From contig CAIYTL010000215.1 of assembly GCA_903929105.1 (NCBI GenBank), positions 1-34,765 of the forward strand: a stretch of 34,765 nucleotides of DNA. The letters run 5' to 3'. The translations under genes were made by a program, and so were the position numbers. This stretch comes from an uncultured Micrococcales bacterium. Lineage in GTDB: Bacteria; Actinomycetota; Actinomycetes; Actinomycetales; Microbacteriaceae. Of this stretch, positions 18,420 to 26,244 are shown piece by piece; within the stretch, counting starts at the first letter, position 1, and each line of letters begins with the position of its first letter. Under the pieces are notes generated by a model. The model searched no databases. It was not told where the DNA came from and saw only the letters and a list, made by a program, of their open reading frames with translations.

Positions 18420-19727
18420 ATGAGAGACCGCAAACTTGTAAAACAACTCGCCGCCCTGCCAGACGGCCCAGTAGTTATTGGCGGCTGGGTTGAAAAGCTT
18501 CGCGACCAAAAGCGCATTCAGTTTGTGATTCTGCGTGACGAGTCAGGCGACGTGCAGGTAACTTACCCGCGCCGCGAAGAAGAAGACGCGCTGGCCGATA
18601 AAGTTTCGAGCCTAACCAACGGCTCATTTGTTTGGGTAACCGGTCGCTTGGTTCACGACGAGCGAGTCAAACTTGGCGGTCTTGAGATTCAACTCGACGA
18701 CCTCGAGATCATCACGCTGGCCGACCCTGAAACCCCGATTGCCGATGACACCAGCATTGACAAGCGCATGGACTGGCGCTTTCTAGACCTGCGTCGCCCC
18801 GAGATGAACCTCGTTTTTCGTATTCAGACCACAATCGAGGCCGCTTGGCGCAAATATTGGGTCGAAAACGGCTTCGTAGAAATTCACTCACCCAAGCTCA
18901 TGGCCTCGCCGTCGGAGTCAAACGCCGAGCTGTTCAAACTGGAATATTTCGAAGGCCACGCTTATCTAGCCCAAAGCCCACAGTTCTATAAGCAAATGGC
19001 AATGATGTCGGGCCTGGGCCGCATCTTTGAAATTGGTCCAGTGTTTCGCGCCGACCCTTCGTTCACCTCGCGCCACGCGACCGAGTTCGTTTCGGTTGAC
19101 ATTGAGGTTTCGTGGATCGACTCACACGAAGACGTCATGGCCATTCAAGAGCAACTGCTTCACACTGCTTTGAGCGCGGTCAAAGAACTGCACGGCGAAG
19201 AAATTCTCGCCCGCTTCGGTGTTGACGTTGTTGTGCCAAGCTTGCCGTTCCCTCGCATTCCGTTGCACGAAGCAGTTGAGATTGTGGCCGCTCGCGGTCA
19301 CGAAATTGCACGCGGTGGCGACATGGACCCCGAGGGCGAGCGCCAAATCGCAGCCCACGTTGCCGAAACCTACGGCCATGAGTTCGTCTTTTTGACCGAC
19401 TACCCGGCCAGCGTGCGCCCTTTCTATCACATGCGCTCTGAGACCGACCCGACTCTAACCAAGAGCTATGACCTAATCTGGCGTGGCACCGAAATCACCA
19501 CGGGCGCTCAACGCGAGCACCGCCTCGACGTTCTAATCGAACAGGTGAAGCAAAAAGGCCTAGAACCAGAAGGCCTTCAGACCTACCTCGACTTCTTCAA
19601 ATATGGAGCCCCAGCACACGGCGGTTTCGGCATGGGCTTGCTTCGCGTTTTGATGTTGCTATTGCACCAGCCAAACATTCGCGAGGTTGGCTTCTTGTTC
19701 CGTGGCCCAAACCGCCTAGAGCCATAA
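18420..19727 (+). CDS. aspS: Aspartate-tRNA ligase, short archaeal/eukaryote type
   Basis: OB-fold N-terminus, LAQSPQFYKQ, FRAD..TSRHATEF, TGAQREH, HGGFGMGL; 435 aa, no GAD domain. Confidence 0.93.
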   Translation: MRDRKLVKQLAALPDGPVVIGGWVEKLRDQKRIQFVILRDESGDVQVTYPRREEEDALADKVSSLTNGSFVWVTGRLVHDERVKLGGLEIQLDDLEIITLADPETPIADDTSIDKRMDWRFLDLRRPEMNLVFRIQTTIEAAWRKYWVENGFVEIHSPKLMASPSESNAELFKLEYFEGHAYLAQSPQFYKQMAMMSGLGRIFEIGPVFRADPSFTSRHATEFVSVDIEVSWIDSHEDVMAIQEQLLHTALSAVKELHGEEILARFGVDVVVPSLPFPRIPLHEAVEIVAARGHEIARGGDMDPEGERQIAAHVAETYGHEFVFLTDYPASVRPFYHMRSETDPTLTKSYDLIWRGTEITTGAQREHRLDVLIEQVKQKGLEPEGLQTYLDFFKYGAPAHGGFGMGLLRVLMLLLHQPNIREVGFLFRGPNRLEP

Positions 19728-19775
19728 ACTCTGGGATTATCGACCCAATCAACTGCGCGGCGACAACTCGAACCA

Positions 19776-20114
19776 ATGTTTGAAAACAAGTCAAACCACC
19801 AGAGTGTCAACCAAAACGTATCGGCCGAAAAGCACGCCGAATATGCTGCCCAACACGACAACATTGGGCGTGCCCTCGGTGACCTGCTAGCGGCCGGCGC
19901 CGAGATCAACGACCCCGTGGTGCAAGAGTGGATCGGCAAGCATTATGCCTTTGTGAAACAGTTCTGGACGCCAAACCGCATTGCCTATAAATCACTTGCG
20001 CTCACCTATGTGATGGATCCAGCCTTCAAAGCTACCTATGAGGCATATCAACCTGGGTTGGCAAGCTTCGTTCAAAAAGCCATCAATATTTGGGCTGACG
20101 CCAACCTGAGCTAA
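19776..20114 (+). CDS. Stand-alone TipAS antibiotic-recognition-like domain protein
   Basis: DPVVQEWIGKHY..WTPN..AY.SL...YV.DP.F...YE...PGLA.F...AI pattern; no MerR HTH. Confidence 0.8.
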   Translation: MFENKSNHQSVNQNVSAEKHAEYAAQHDNIGRALGDLLAAGAEINDPVVQEWIGKHYAFVKQFWTPNRIAYKSLALTYVMDPAFKATYEAYQPGLASFVQKAINIWADANLS

Positions 20115-20383
20115 CTCAAAGCGTCGAGTGCTTGACGCAACCTCACCGGGTCAATATGCCAATAGTTGTGCACCTTGCCGTCGATTAGCAACACGGGAAT
20201 CTCTTCGGCGTAGCGAGCCATTAGTTGCGTGTCTTGCAAAATGTTTTTGTGATTCAAAACCACACGCAGGCCCGGCTGATCGGCCGCAAACTCGGCTAAA
20301 ACGCGCGCAACTTCAACCTCGGCAGCTTCGCACAAATGGCAACCGGGTTTTGAAATCAAAGTTAACTCATGGTTTTGGGGCAC
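20111..20383 (-). CDS. Glutaredoxin-like protein (DUF836)
   Basis: KPGCHLCE, EEIPVLLIDG, YWHID. Confidence 0.88.
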   Translation of the reverse strand: MPQNHELTLISKPGCHLCEAAEVEVARVLAEFAADQPGLRVVLNHKNILQDTQLMARYAEEIPVLLIDGKVHNYWHIDPVRLRQALDALS

Positions 20384-20416
20384 GACCCTATGCTAACGAA
20401 GCGTTAACATTGGATG

Positions 20417-21163
20417 GTGCCCGTGAATGAAGTTTTGCCTAAATCAGGCGATGAAGCGCCCAAAAAAATTGAGGCGGCCTTCTTTGACGTTGACAACACC
20501 ATTTTGCGCGGTTCGAGCAGTTTTTTGTTTGGCAAGTGCGCTTATCAGCGAAACTTTTTCACCCGCAAAGACATGTGGAGTTTTGCCTGGCACCAGATGC
20601 GTTTCATTGCCAAAGGTGAAAACAACAACACTTTAGACAGCATCAAAGACCGCGCCTTAGCGCTTGTGGCCGGCCACAAAGCCAGCGACCTTATGTCGCT
20701 CACCGATGAGGTTTATGACAACCACATCAAGCCAAAGCTTTGGCCTGAAACAGTTCGCCTAGCCAAAATGCACGTTGCTGAAGGCCGCGAAGTTTGGTTG
20801 GTCACGGCAACCCCTCAAGAGATCGCCGATGTCATTGCAAAACGTCTTGGCCTAACAGGCGCTCTCGGCACCGTTCTAGAGACTCGTGACGGCTTGCTCA
20901 CCGGCAACCTAGTTGGCAAGGCGCTTCACGGCAAAGCTAAGCGCAAGGCAGTTCGAGCTTTGGCTAAAGAGCGCGGCATCAGCTTGCGCCGCAGCTATGC
21001 CTACAGCGATTCGCACAACGATTTGCCCATGCTCACCTTGGTGAAGCATGCGGTTGCAGTGAACCCTGACAAGATTTTGGCGGTTCATGCAAAAGCAGCC
21101 GGATGGCGCATTCTTGATTTCAAAAAACGTGAACTGCGCGCTAACAAGCTCATAAACCACTAG
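20417..21163 (+). CDS. HAD-IB family hydrolase (SerB1-like)
   Basis: AAFFDVDNT, WLVTAT, K, AYSDSHNDLPML, VNPD; GTG 20417 is 6 nt after TAACAT (ATG 20414 also possible). Confidence 0.9.
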   Translation: MPVNEVLPKSGDEAPKKIEAAFFDVDNTILRGSSSFLFGKCAYQRNFFTRKDMWSFAWHQMRFIAKGENNNTLDSIKDRALALVAGHKASDLMSLTDEVYDNHIKPKLWPETVRLAKMHVAEGREVWLVTATPQEIADVIAKRLGLTGALGTVLETRDGLLTGNLVGKALHGKAKRKAVRALAKERGISLRRSYAYSDSHNDLPMLTLVKHAVAVNPDKILAVHAKAAGWRILDFKKRELRANKLINH

Positions 21164-21183
21164 CCGCTAAAAAATTTGGCAAC

Positions 21184-21212
21184 AAAAAACCCCGCTCGAT
21201 GGCGGGGTTTTT
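21184..21212. terminator. Bidirectional intrinsic terminator between the HAD gene and bS22
   Basis: AAAAAACCCCGC-TCGATG-GCGGGGTTTTT. Confidence 0.88.
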
Positions 21213-21221
21213 GCGTCAAGA

Positions 21222-21320
21222 CTATGTCTTGTTACGACGCTGGTGGCGAGTCTTGCGAAGCAACTTGCGGTGCTTCTTTTTAGACATACGCTTGCGGCGC
21301 TTTTTAATTACTGAACCCAC
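21222..21320 (-). CDS. 30S ribosomal protein bS22 (AURKAIP1/COX24 family), 32 aa, not in the ORF track
   Basis: Hand translation [32 protein letters not shown]; RBS TGAGG upstream. Confidence 0.95.
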   Translation of the reverse strand: MGSVIKKRRKRMSKKKHRKLLRKTRHQRRNKT

Positions 21321-21402
21321 AAAGACCTCACAGAAAGATTTCGTCGCACGAAAGAGCTTCGGCAACTTTGGTTATCACTCCATACTAGCCTAAGCTCAGG
21401 GC

Positions 21403-21915
21403 ATGACCCAAAAACAGGTTTATTCGGTGCTCGAACAACACGATGGTTTTGAACTGCGAAGCTATGCCGATTGTGTATTAGTGCAGGTCATTCAGCGCGG
21501 AGACTTCATTAGCGCAGGCAGTCGCGGCTTTAGCCCGCTGTTTTCTTTTATTAGCGGCAACAACTCAAAACGTCAGAAAATTGCGATGACTGCGCCTGTG
21601 ATTCAGCAGCCTCTCGGGCCCAATGAACATGTGATTAGTTTTGTGATGCCCGCAGATTTCAACGCACATGACACGCCTGCCCCGCTGGGTGGCTCTATGC
21701 AGGTTACTGCGGTGCCGGCTCACTTAGCGGCTGCCCGCTCGTTTCGCGGCTCTTGGAGCTCGACTCGTTTTGAAGCCGAGGGCAAGGCGCTTTTGGCTGC
21801 CGTTGCCGCCACCGAGCTGAAGATAAAGGGTAACCTTTATTGGTCAAGGTTTGATCCACCGTTCAAGCCCGGGTTTTTGAGACACAACGAAGTGCTGATT
21901 GATTTAGAAAAATAG
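21403..21915 (+). CDS. SOUL-family heme-binding protein
   Basis: FELRSY, GF.PLFSFISGNN, KIAMTAPV, SFVMP, RFDPPF..FLRHNEV; no signal peptide. Confidence 0.9.
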   Translation: MTQKQVYSVLEQHDGFELRSYADCVLVQVIQRGDFISAGSRGFSPLFSFISGNNSKRQKIAMTAPVIQQPLGPNEHVISFVMPADFNAHDTPAPLGGSMQVTAVPAHLAAARSFRGSWSSTRFEAEGKALLAAVAATELKIKGNLYWSRFDPPFKPGFLRHNEVLIDLEK

Positions 21916-21928
21916 AAAGGCTACAGCT

Positions 21929-22621
21929 TTGAAAAAGAAGGTTTTTGCACGTCAGATTGCCGCCGAGTTTATTGGCACAGCAGTTTTTCTAACCGCAATC
22001 GTCGGTGTTACTGAAAACACCGCCTCGCCGTTCGGCAGCATTGCGGCACCAGTAGCTCTTGGTTTGATGATTTTGCTTTTGGGTGACATCAGCGGCGCGC
22101 ACTTCAACCCGGCAGTCACCTTATTCTTCTTTTCTCGTCGCGAAATCAGCGGGGCACAGTTTGGCGGCTACATTGCCGGTCAGTTGCTCGGAAGCGTGGC
22201 CGGTGTCGCACTGGGCTCAACGATTTGGAACAAAGGCGCTGGCCTAACCGTGAACACCGGAAGCCTGCTGTCGACACCAGCGGTTATCGTCAGCGAGGTC
22301 GTTGCCACCGCCGGTTTGGTTTGGTTGATTGCAAAGCTCGCTAGCTCTGGCCAGGGCAACCTGATTGCTCCAACAGTTGCAGCTTGGGTTTTTGCGGCCG
22401 GCACATTCACCAGCACTCACGCGATCGCTAACCCAGCAGTGACCTTCGGCCGCTTCTTCACCTCTTCAGGAGCAGGCGTCGAAGTGAACATTGGCATTGA
22501 GCTAATGCTCGCGCAGTTCGGCGGATCGCTTTTGGCTTTGATTTTAATCACCTTGTTGCAAGGGGCGGGCAAGACTTCAAGCAAAGCTAAGAAGGCACGC
22601 AAGGCAGCTAGCAAAAAATAA
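21929..22621 (+). CDS. MIP/aquaporin-family channel (AqpS-like, NPAV/NPAV)
   Basis: AEFIGT, ISGAHFNPAVT, SEVVAT, ANPAVT, AQFGG; about six TM segments. Confidence 0.9.
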   Translation: MKKKVFARQIAAEFIGTAVFLTAIVGVTENTASPFGSIAAPVALGLMILLLGDISGAHFNPAVTLFFFSRREISGAQFGGYIAGQLLGSVAGVALGSTIWNKGAGLTVNTGSLLSTPAVIVSEVVATAGLVWLIAKLASSGQGNLIAPTVAAWVFAAGTFTSTHAIANPAVTFGRFFTSSGAGVEVNIGIELMLAQFGGSLLALILITLLQGAGKTSSKAKKARKAASKK

Positions 22622-22647
22622 GTTTTGCTTTTTAGGTGCTTTGAATC

Positions 22648-22678
22648 TAAATAGTTGCAATAATAACTTCAACATTTA
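22648..22678. promoter_or_regulatory. Imperfect inverted repeat, candidate TetR operator
   Basis: TAAAT(A)GTTG(C)AA-N7-TTCAACATTTA in the AT-rich spacer upstream of tetR. Confidence 0.35.
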
Positions 22679-22719
22679 TAGGCGCTTAGCCCATCGCAAC
22701 AAGTGAGGAGGCCTAGTCA

Positions 22720-23352
22720 GTGACGATTAGAAAAGCCACACCACAGCCGGTGCAGTCTCGGGCGCGTGACACAGTCGACTCTGTCATTCAGGTGACTAAC
22801 GAGGCGCTAAAAGCTGGCGGCGAAGCAGCCGTGCGCATTCAAGAAATCTCAGCCACAAGCCACGTTTCGGTTGGATCGATTTATCACCACTTTGGCGACC
22901 GCGAAGGATTGATTCGCGCAACCTACGTTCATAACTTTTCATCTGCAATCGCCGAAGACATTCAGCGTGCAAAACGTTGGTGGCAAAACATTCACAATGC
23001 CAGCGAGCTAGCAACCCACCGCGTTGAGATGGAAGAGTTTCTTAACTCGCACTTCGAACACCAATCGCCGTTAGAGCGGGCCGCGATTATCGGCAACTCC
23101 GTGGGCCGCCCGTTGCTTCGTGAAAGCCTTGCCGAAGTTCAACACAAACTTACCGATGAGCTAACCGAGGTTATGCAAATGCTTCAAGACCGAGGCATCT
23201 TGCGCAGCGCCTTAAAACCGCGAGCTGTTGCGGTGATGATTTTGGGAATGCTTTTCGGTCGCGTCGTGGCAATGCTCGACAATGACCCGGTTGACCAGCG
23301 CTCTTGGAACGACGCCATGCTCGCCGCGTTCAGCGGGTTTTTTACCGCTTAA
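22720..23352 (+). CDS. TetR/AcrR-family transcriptional regulator
   Basis: Q.RAR.T..GG..VRIQEISATSHVSVGSIYHHFGDREGL; RBS GAGGAGG. Confidence 0.92.
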   Translation: MTIRKATPQPVQSRARDTVDSVIQVTNEALKAGGEAAVRIQEISATSHVSVGSIYHHFGDREGLIRATYVHNFSSAIAEDIQRAKRWWQNIHNASELATHRVEMEEFLNSHFEHQSPLERAAIIGNSVGRPLLRESLAEVQHKLTDELTEVMQMLQDRGILRSALKPRAVAVMILGMLFGRVVAMLDNDPVDQRSWNDAMLAAFSGFFTA

Positions 23353-23381
23353 ACAGGGCGCAAAACGATTGGCAAAAGTCT

Positions 23382-23987
23382 TTAGTCAGACTCTGGGCCC
23401 TGGTTCTTAAAGCGACTCTTAGCTGCCTTCAAACCTTCATCAAGTTTGGCTTTAGCAGTCGCTGCCGCCTCGCGAGCCGACTTTTCAGCGGCAAACCTGG
23501 CATCTGCCATGCGGCGCCCAAGATCGCGGCCAAGTTTTTCTTCGTCAATCTTTTCGAGAACCTGCTCGTTAATCTGGTCACCAAGCCAATCAACTGATTC
23601 AGCAACCCACGAACCCAGACTCTCGCCTGCTTCGCCAAACTTCACTGCCAGTTTCGATTCGATAGCGGTGACCACGGTCTTAGCGGTGATGTCAGCCTCT
23701 GGCTTGGCCGCATTCTTGGGCTTGGTTGAAGTGGCATCGACAGAGTTGAGAAAAGCGGTGACTTCACCAAGCGGGCCGGCGTTGAGCGAATACTTGCGGG
23801 TTTGACCGGCGCTTTCAACGCTGACCAAGTTTAGGTCGCGCAAGGTCTTGAGATGCTTCGAAACAGTCGGTTGACCCTCGCCCGTCAGTGCTACCAGCTC
23901 GCTAACTGTAAGCCCAGGGGTCTTGGCCAGTGCGCCAAGAATTTGGCGACGGGTGGCATCTGAAATCGCATTGAAAATATCGCTCAT
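23382..23987 (-). CDS. ArsR/SmtB-family regulator with long C-terminal extension
   Basis: DIFNAISDATRRQIL..VSELV..QPTVSKHLKTLR; no Cys. Confidence 0.88.
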   Translation of the reverse strand: MSDIFNAISDATRRQILGALAKTPGLTVSELVALTGEGQPTVSKHLKTLRDLNLVSVESAGQTRKYSLNAGPLGEVTAFLNSVDATSTKPKNAAKPEADITAKTVVTAIESKLAVKFGEAGESLGSWVAESVDWLGDQINEQVLEKIDEEKLGRDLGRRMADARFAAEKSAREAAATAKAKLDEGLKAAKSRFKNQGPESD

Positions 23988-23996
23988 GGCTTTAGA

Positions 23997-24830
23997 TTAT
24001 CGGTTGCCGTTGGCAATTTCACGAGCACGGGCTAATGCGGCAGCCGTAGCTGCTTCAAACGTGGTCTGCAGCTTTGCGGCTTCGAGCGCTGAAATGGCGC
24101 GCTCGGTGGTGCCGTTGGGGCTGGTGACTTGGCGACGCAGCTCGGCGGGAGTTTTCTGACTTGCCTCGAGCAACAGGCTTGCACCTAAAAATGTTTCGTT
24201 GACCATAAGCGAGGCCTGCTCTGCACTGAAGCCCATCGCCTGCGCTGCCAGCGTGAACTGTTCAATCAAATAAAAGACATATGCCGGCCCGCTGCCGCTA
24301 ATGGTGCTGAGTGCGTCAATCTGAGTCTCGTCGACGGTGATGGTTTGGCCTACAGTCTCGAACAAGGCAACTGCTGTTTCGAGGTTTGCTTTAGATGCTC
24401 GGCTGCCCGCCGCCAAACCGGTAACGGCGCGGCCGACAATAGCTGGCGTGTTCGGCATGGCACGAACCACCGCCACATCTTCTGGCGTGACGGCCTGCAT
24501 GGCCTCGGTCGTGATGCCCGCAGCCACGCTGATAACCAAGGCATTGTCATCAAGGTTGTCGGCCACACCAGCAAGAGTTTCTGTGACATAAGCGGGTTTG
24601 ACAGCGATCAGCACCACGTCGGCGCCGGCGACCGCCATTTGGTTTGCATCGTCGCCATTTTCAATCGCAAAAGAAAGCACACCAAACTCGGCGTTGAGCG
24701 CGTCGGCGCTGGCATCGCTCTGAGTTGTAACGGTGATGTTGGCTGCGTCAAAACCTGATTTGATCAGCCCAGCCAAAATCGCTTTGCCCATCGAGCCGGT
24801 GCCAAGAATCGCAAGTCTTTGAATATTCAC
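23997..24830 (-). CDS. proC: Pyrroline-5-carboxylate reductase
   Basis: GTGSMG, AVKP, SVAAG, RAMPNTP, SGSGPAY, VTSPNGTT. Confidence 0.96.
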   Translation of the reverse strand: MNIQRLAILGTGSMGKAILAGLIKSGFDAANITVTTQSDASADALNAEFGVLSFAIENGDDANQMAVAGADVVLIAVKPAYVTETLAGVADNLDDNALVISVAAGITTEAMQAVTPEDVAVVRAMPNTPAIVGRAVTGLAAGSRASKANLETAVALFETVGQTITVDETQIDALSTISGSGPAYVFYLIEQFTLAAQAMGFSAEQASLMVNETFLGASLLLEASQKTPAELRRQVTSPNGTTERAISALEAAKLQTTFEAATAAALARAREIANGNR

Positions 24831-24855
24831 AAGTCAAGTCTAAAGCGAGCCAAGT

Positions 24856-24878
24856 TTGTCTGCGGTGGCGTGTAACTT
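24856..24878 (+). promoter_or_regulatory. PafBC-type (RecA-NDp) DNA-damage promoter upstream of radA
   Basis: TGTCTG-N10-TAACTT versus known consensus TGTCGG-N10-TA-N3-T, one mismatch. Confidence 0.7.
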
Positions 24879-24909
24879 TGAAACAAACTCTTCACCCCAC
24901 GGAGGCCCC

Positions 24910-26241
24910 ATGGCTAGCGCCAAAAACAAAAACGATTTTGCTTGCACCGAATGCGGCTGGAGCACAATCAAGTGGGCTGGTCGTTGTGGCGAGTGTCAAT
25001 CTTGGGGCACCGTTCAACCTGTCGGCGCTGCCACTGGAGTCGCGGCAAAGCGGGTTGCACCCGTTGCTATAGCGCCATCAAGCGCAGCAAAACCAATCAC
25101 CGAAGTGAGCACCATTCAAGCCTCAAACCAATCGACGGGCGTGGGCGAGTTTGACCGTGTTTTGGGTGGCGGTCTAGTTGCAGGCGCAGTGGTTTTGCTT
25201 TCGGGCGAACCGGGTGTCGGCAAGTCAACGCTGTTGCTTTCAGTGGCCGCCAAAGCTGCTGCGCGCGGTCTAAAAGTGCTTTATGTTAGCGGCGAAGAGT
25301 CGGTTGGGCAGATCAAGTTGCGTGCCGAGCGCACCGGCGGCCTCGAGCCACTGCTTTATCTGGCAGCCGAGACTGACTTAGCAACAGTGCTTGGTCAGAT
25401 CGATGAGGTAGCACCTGATCTTTTGGTTGTCGACTCGGTTCAGACGATTGCCTCGGCTGAAATCGAAGGCGCGGCGGGCATGCCGAGCCAAATTCGTGAG
25501 GTTGCGAGCAACATCATCAAAGTGGCAAAAGAACGAGCGCTGTCAGTGCTGCTGGTTGGCCACGTAACCAAAGACGGCACCATCGCCGGCCCAAGAGTGC
25601 TCGAGCACTTGGTCGACGTAGTTTGCCACTTTGAAGGCGACCGCCAAACTTCGCTGCGCTTTGTTCGATGCCAAAAGAACCGCTTTGGCCCAACCGACGA
25701 AGTGGGTTGTTTCGAAATGACCGGTGATGGCATCGCTGAAGTGCCAGACCCCAGTGGCCTATTTTTGAGCCGTGGCGACACCCCTGTTTCAGGCACCTGT
25801 GTGACAGTAACCATCGAAGGCCGAAGGCCCATGATTGCTGAAGTTCAGGCTCTTGTGGTCAAGTCTTCGGCACCTCAGCCAAGGCGAGTGGTCAACGGCG
25901 TTGACGCCTCGCGCGTTTCGATGCTGCTCGCAGTGCTTGAGCGCCGCGCAGGCCTTCGACTGAGCGAACACGAAGTCTATGTGTCAACTGTTGGCGGTGT
26001 GCGCCTGAGCGAGCCTGCAGCCGACTTGGCAATCGCTTTGGCTATTGCCTCGGCCATGCAAGACAAGCCAATCGCGCATAACCTGGCTGCTTTTGGCGAG
26101 ATCAGCCTCGCCGGCGAGATTCGCGCTGTTACCGGCGCTAAGATTCGTCAGGCAGAGGCCGACCGCTTGGGCTTTGCACGTGGCATTGATAGTTCGGTGG
26201 GCAACCTGCGCGCTGCCTTAGCACTGGGTTTGAACTGGTAA
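24910..26241 (+). CDS. radA: DNA repair protein RadA/Sms
   Basis: C4 zinc finger, GEPGVGKS, KNRFG, Lon-like C-terminus; ATG 24910 after GGAGG. Confidence 0.96.
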   Translation: MASAKNKNDFACTECGWSTIKWAGRCGECQSWGTVQPVGAATGVAAKRVAPVAIAPSSAAKPITEVSTIQASNQSTGVGEFDRVLGGGLVAGAVVLLSGEPGVGKSTLLLSVAAKAAARGLKVLYVSGEESVGQIKLRAERTGGLEPLLYLAAETDLATVLGQIDEVAPDLLVVDSVQTIASAEIEGAAGMPSQIREVASNIIKVAKERALSVLLVGHVTKDGTIAGPRVLEHLVDVVCHFEGDRQTSLRFVRCQKNRFGPTDEVGCFEMTGDGIAEVPDPSGLFLSRGDTPVSGTCVTVTIEGRRPMIAEVQALVVKSSAPQPRRVVNGVDASRVSMLLAVLERRAGLRLSEHEVYVSTVGGVRLSEPAADLAIALAIASAMQDKPIAHNLAAFGEISLAGEIRAVTGAKIRQAEADRLGFARGIDSSVGNLRAALALGLNW

Positions 26242-26244
26242 CTT

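Noticed and set aside
21328-21378. 16-codon upstream ORF before bS22
   Set aside because: No SD and poor -10 spacing; likely chance
21929-23987. Arsenic-resistance operon (AqpS-like channel plus ArsR)
   Set aside because: ArsR has no Cys, is on the opposite strand and belongs to the proC neighbourhood; no arsC present
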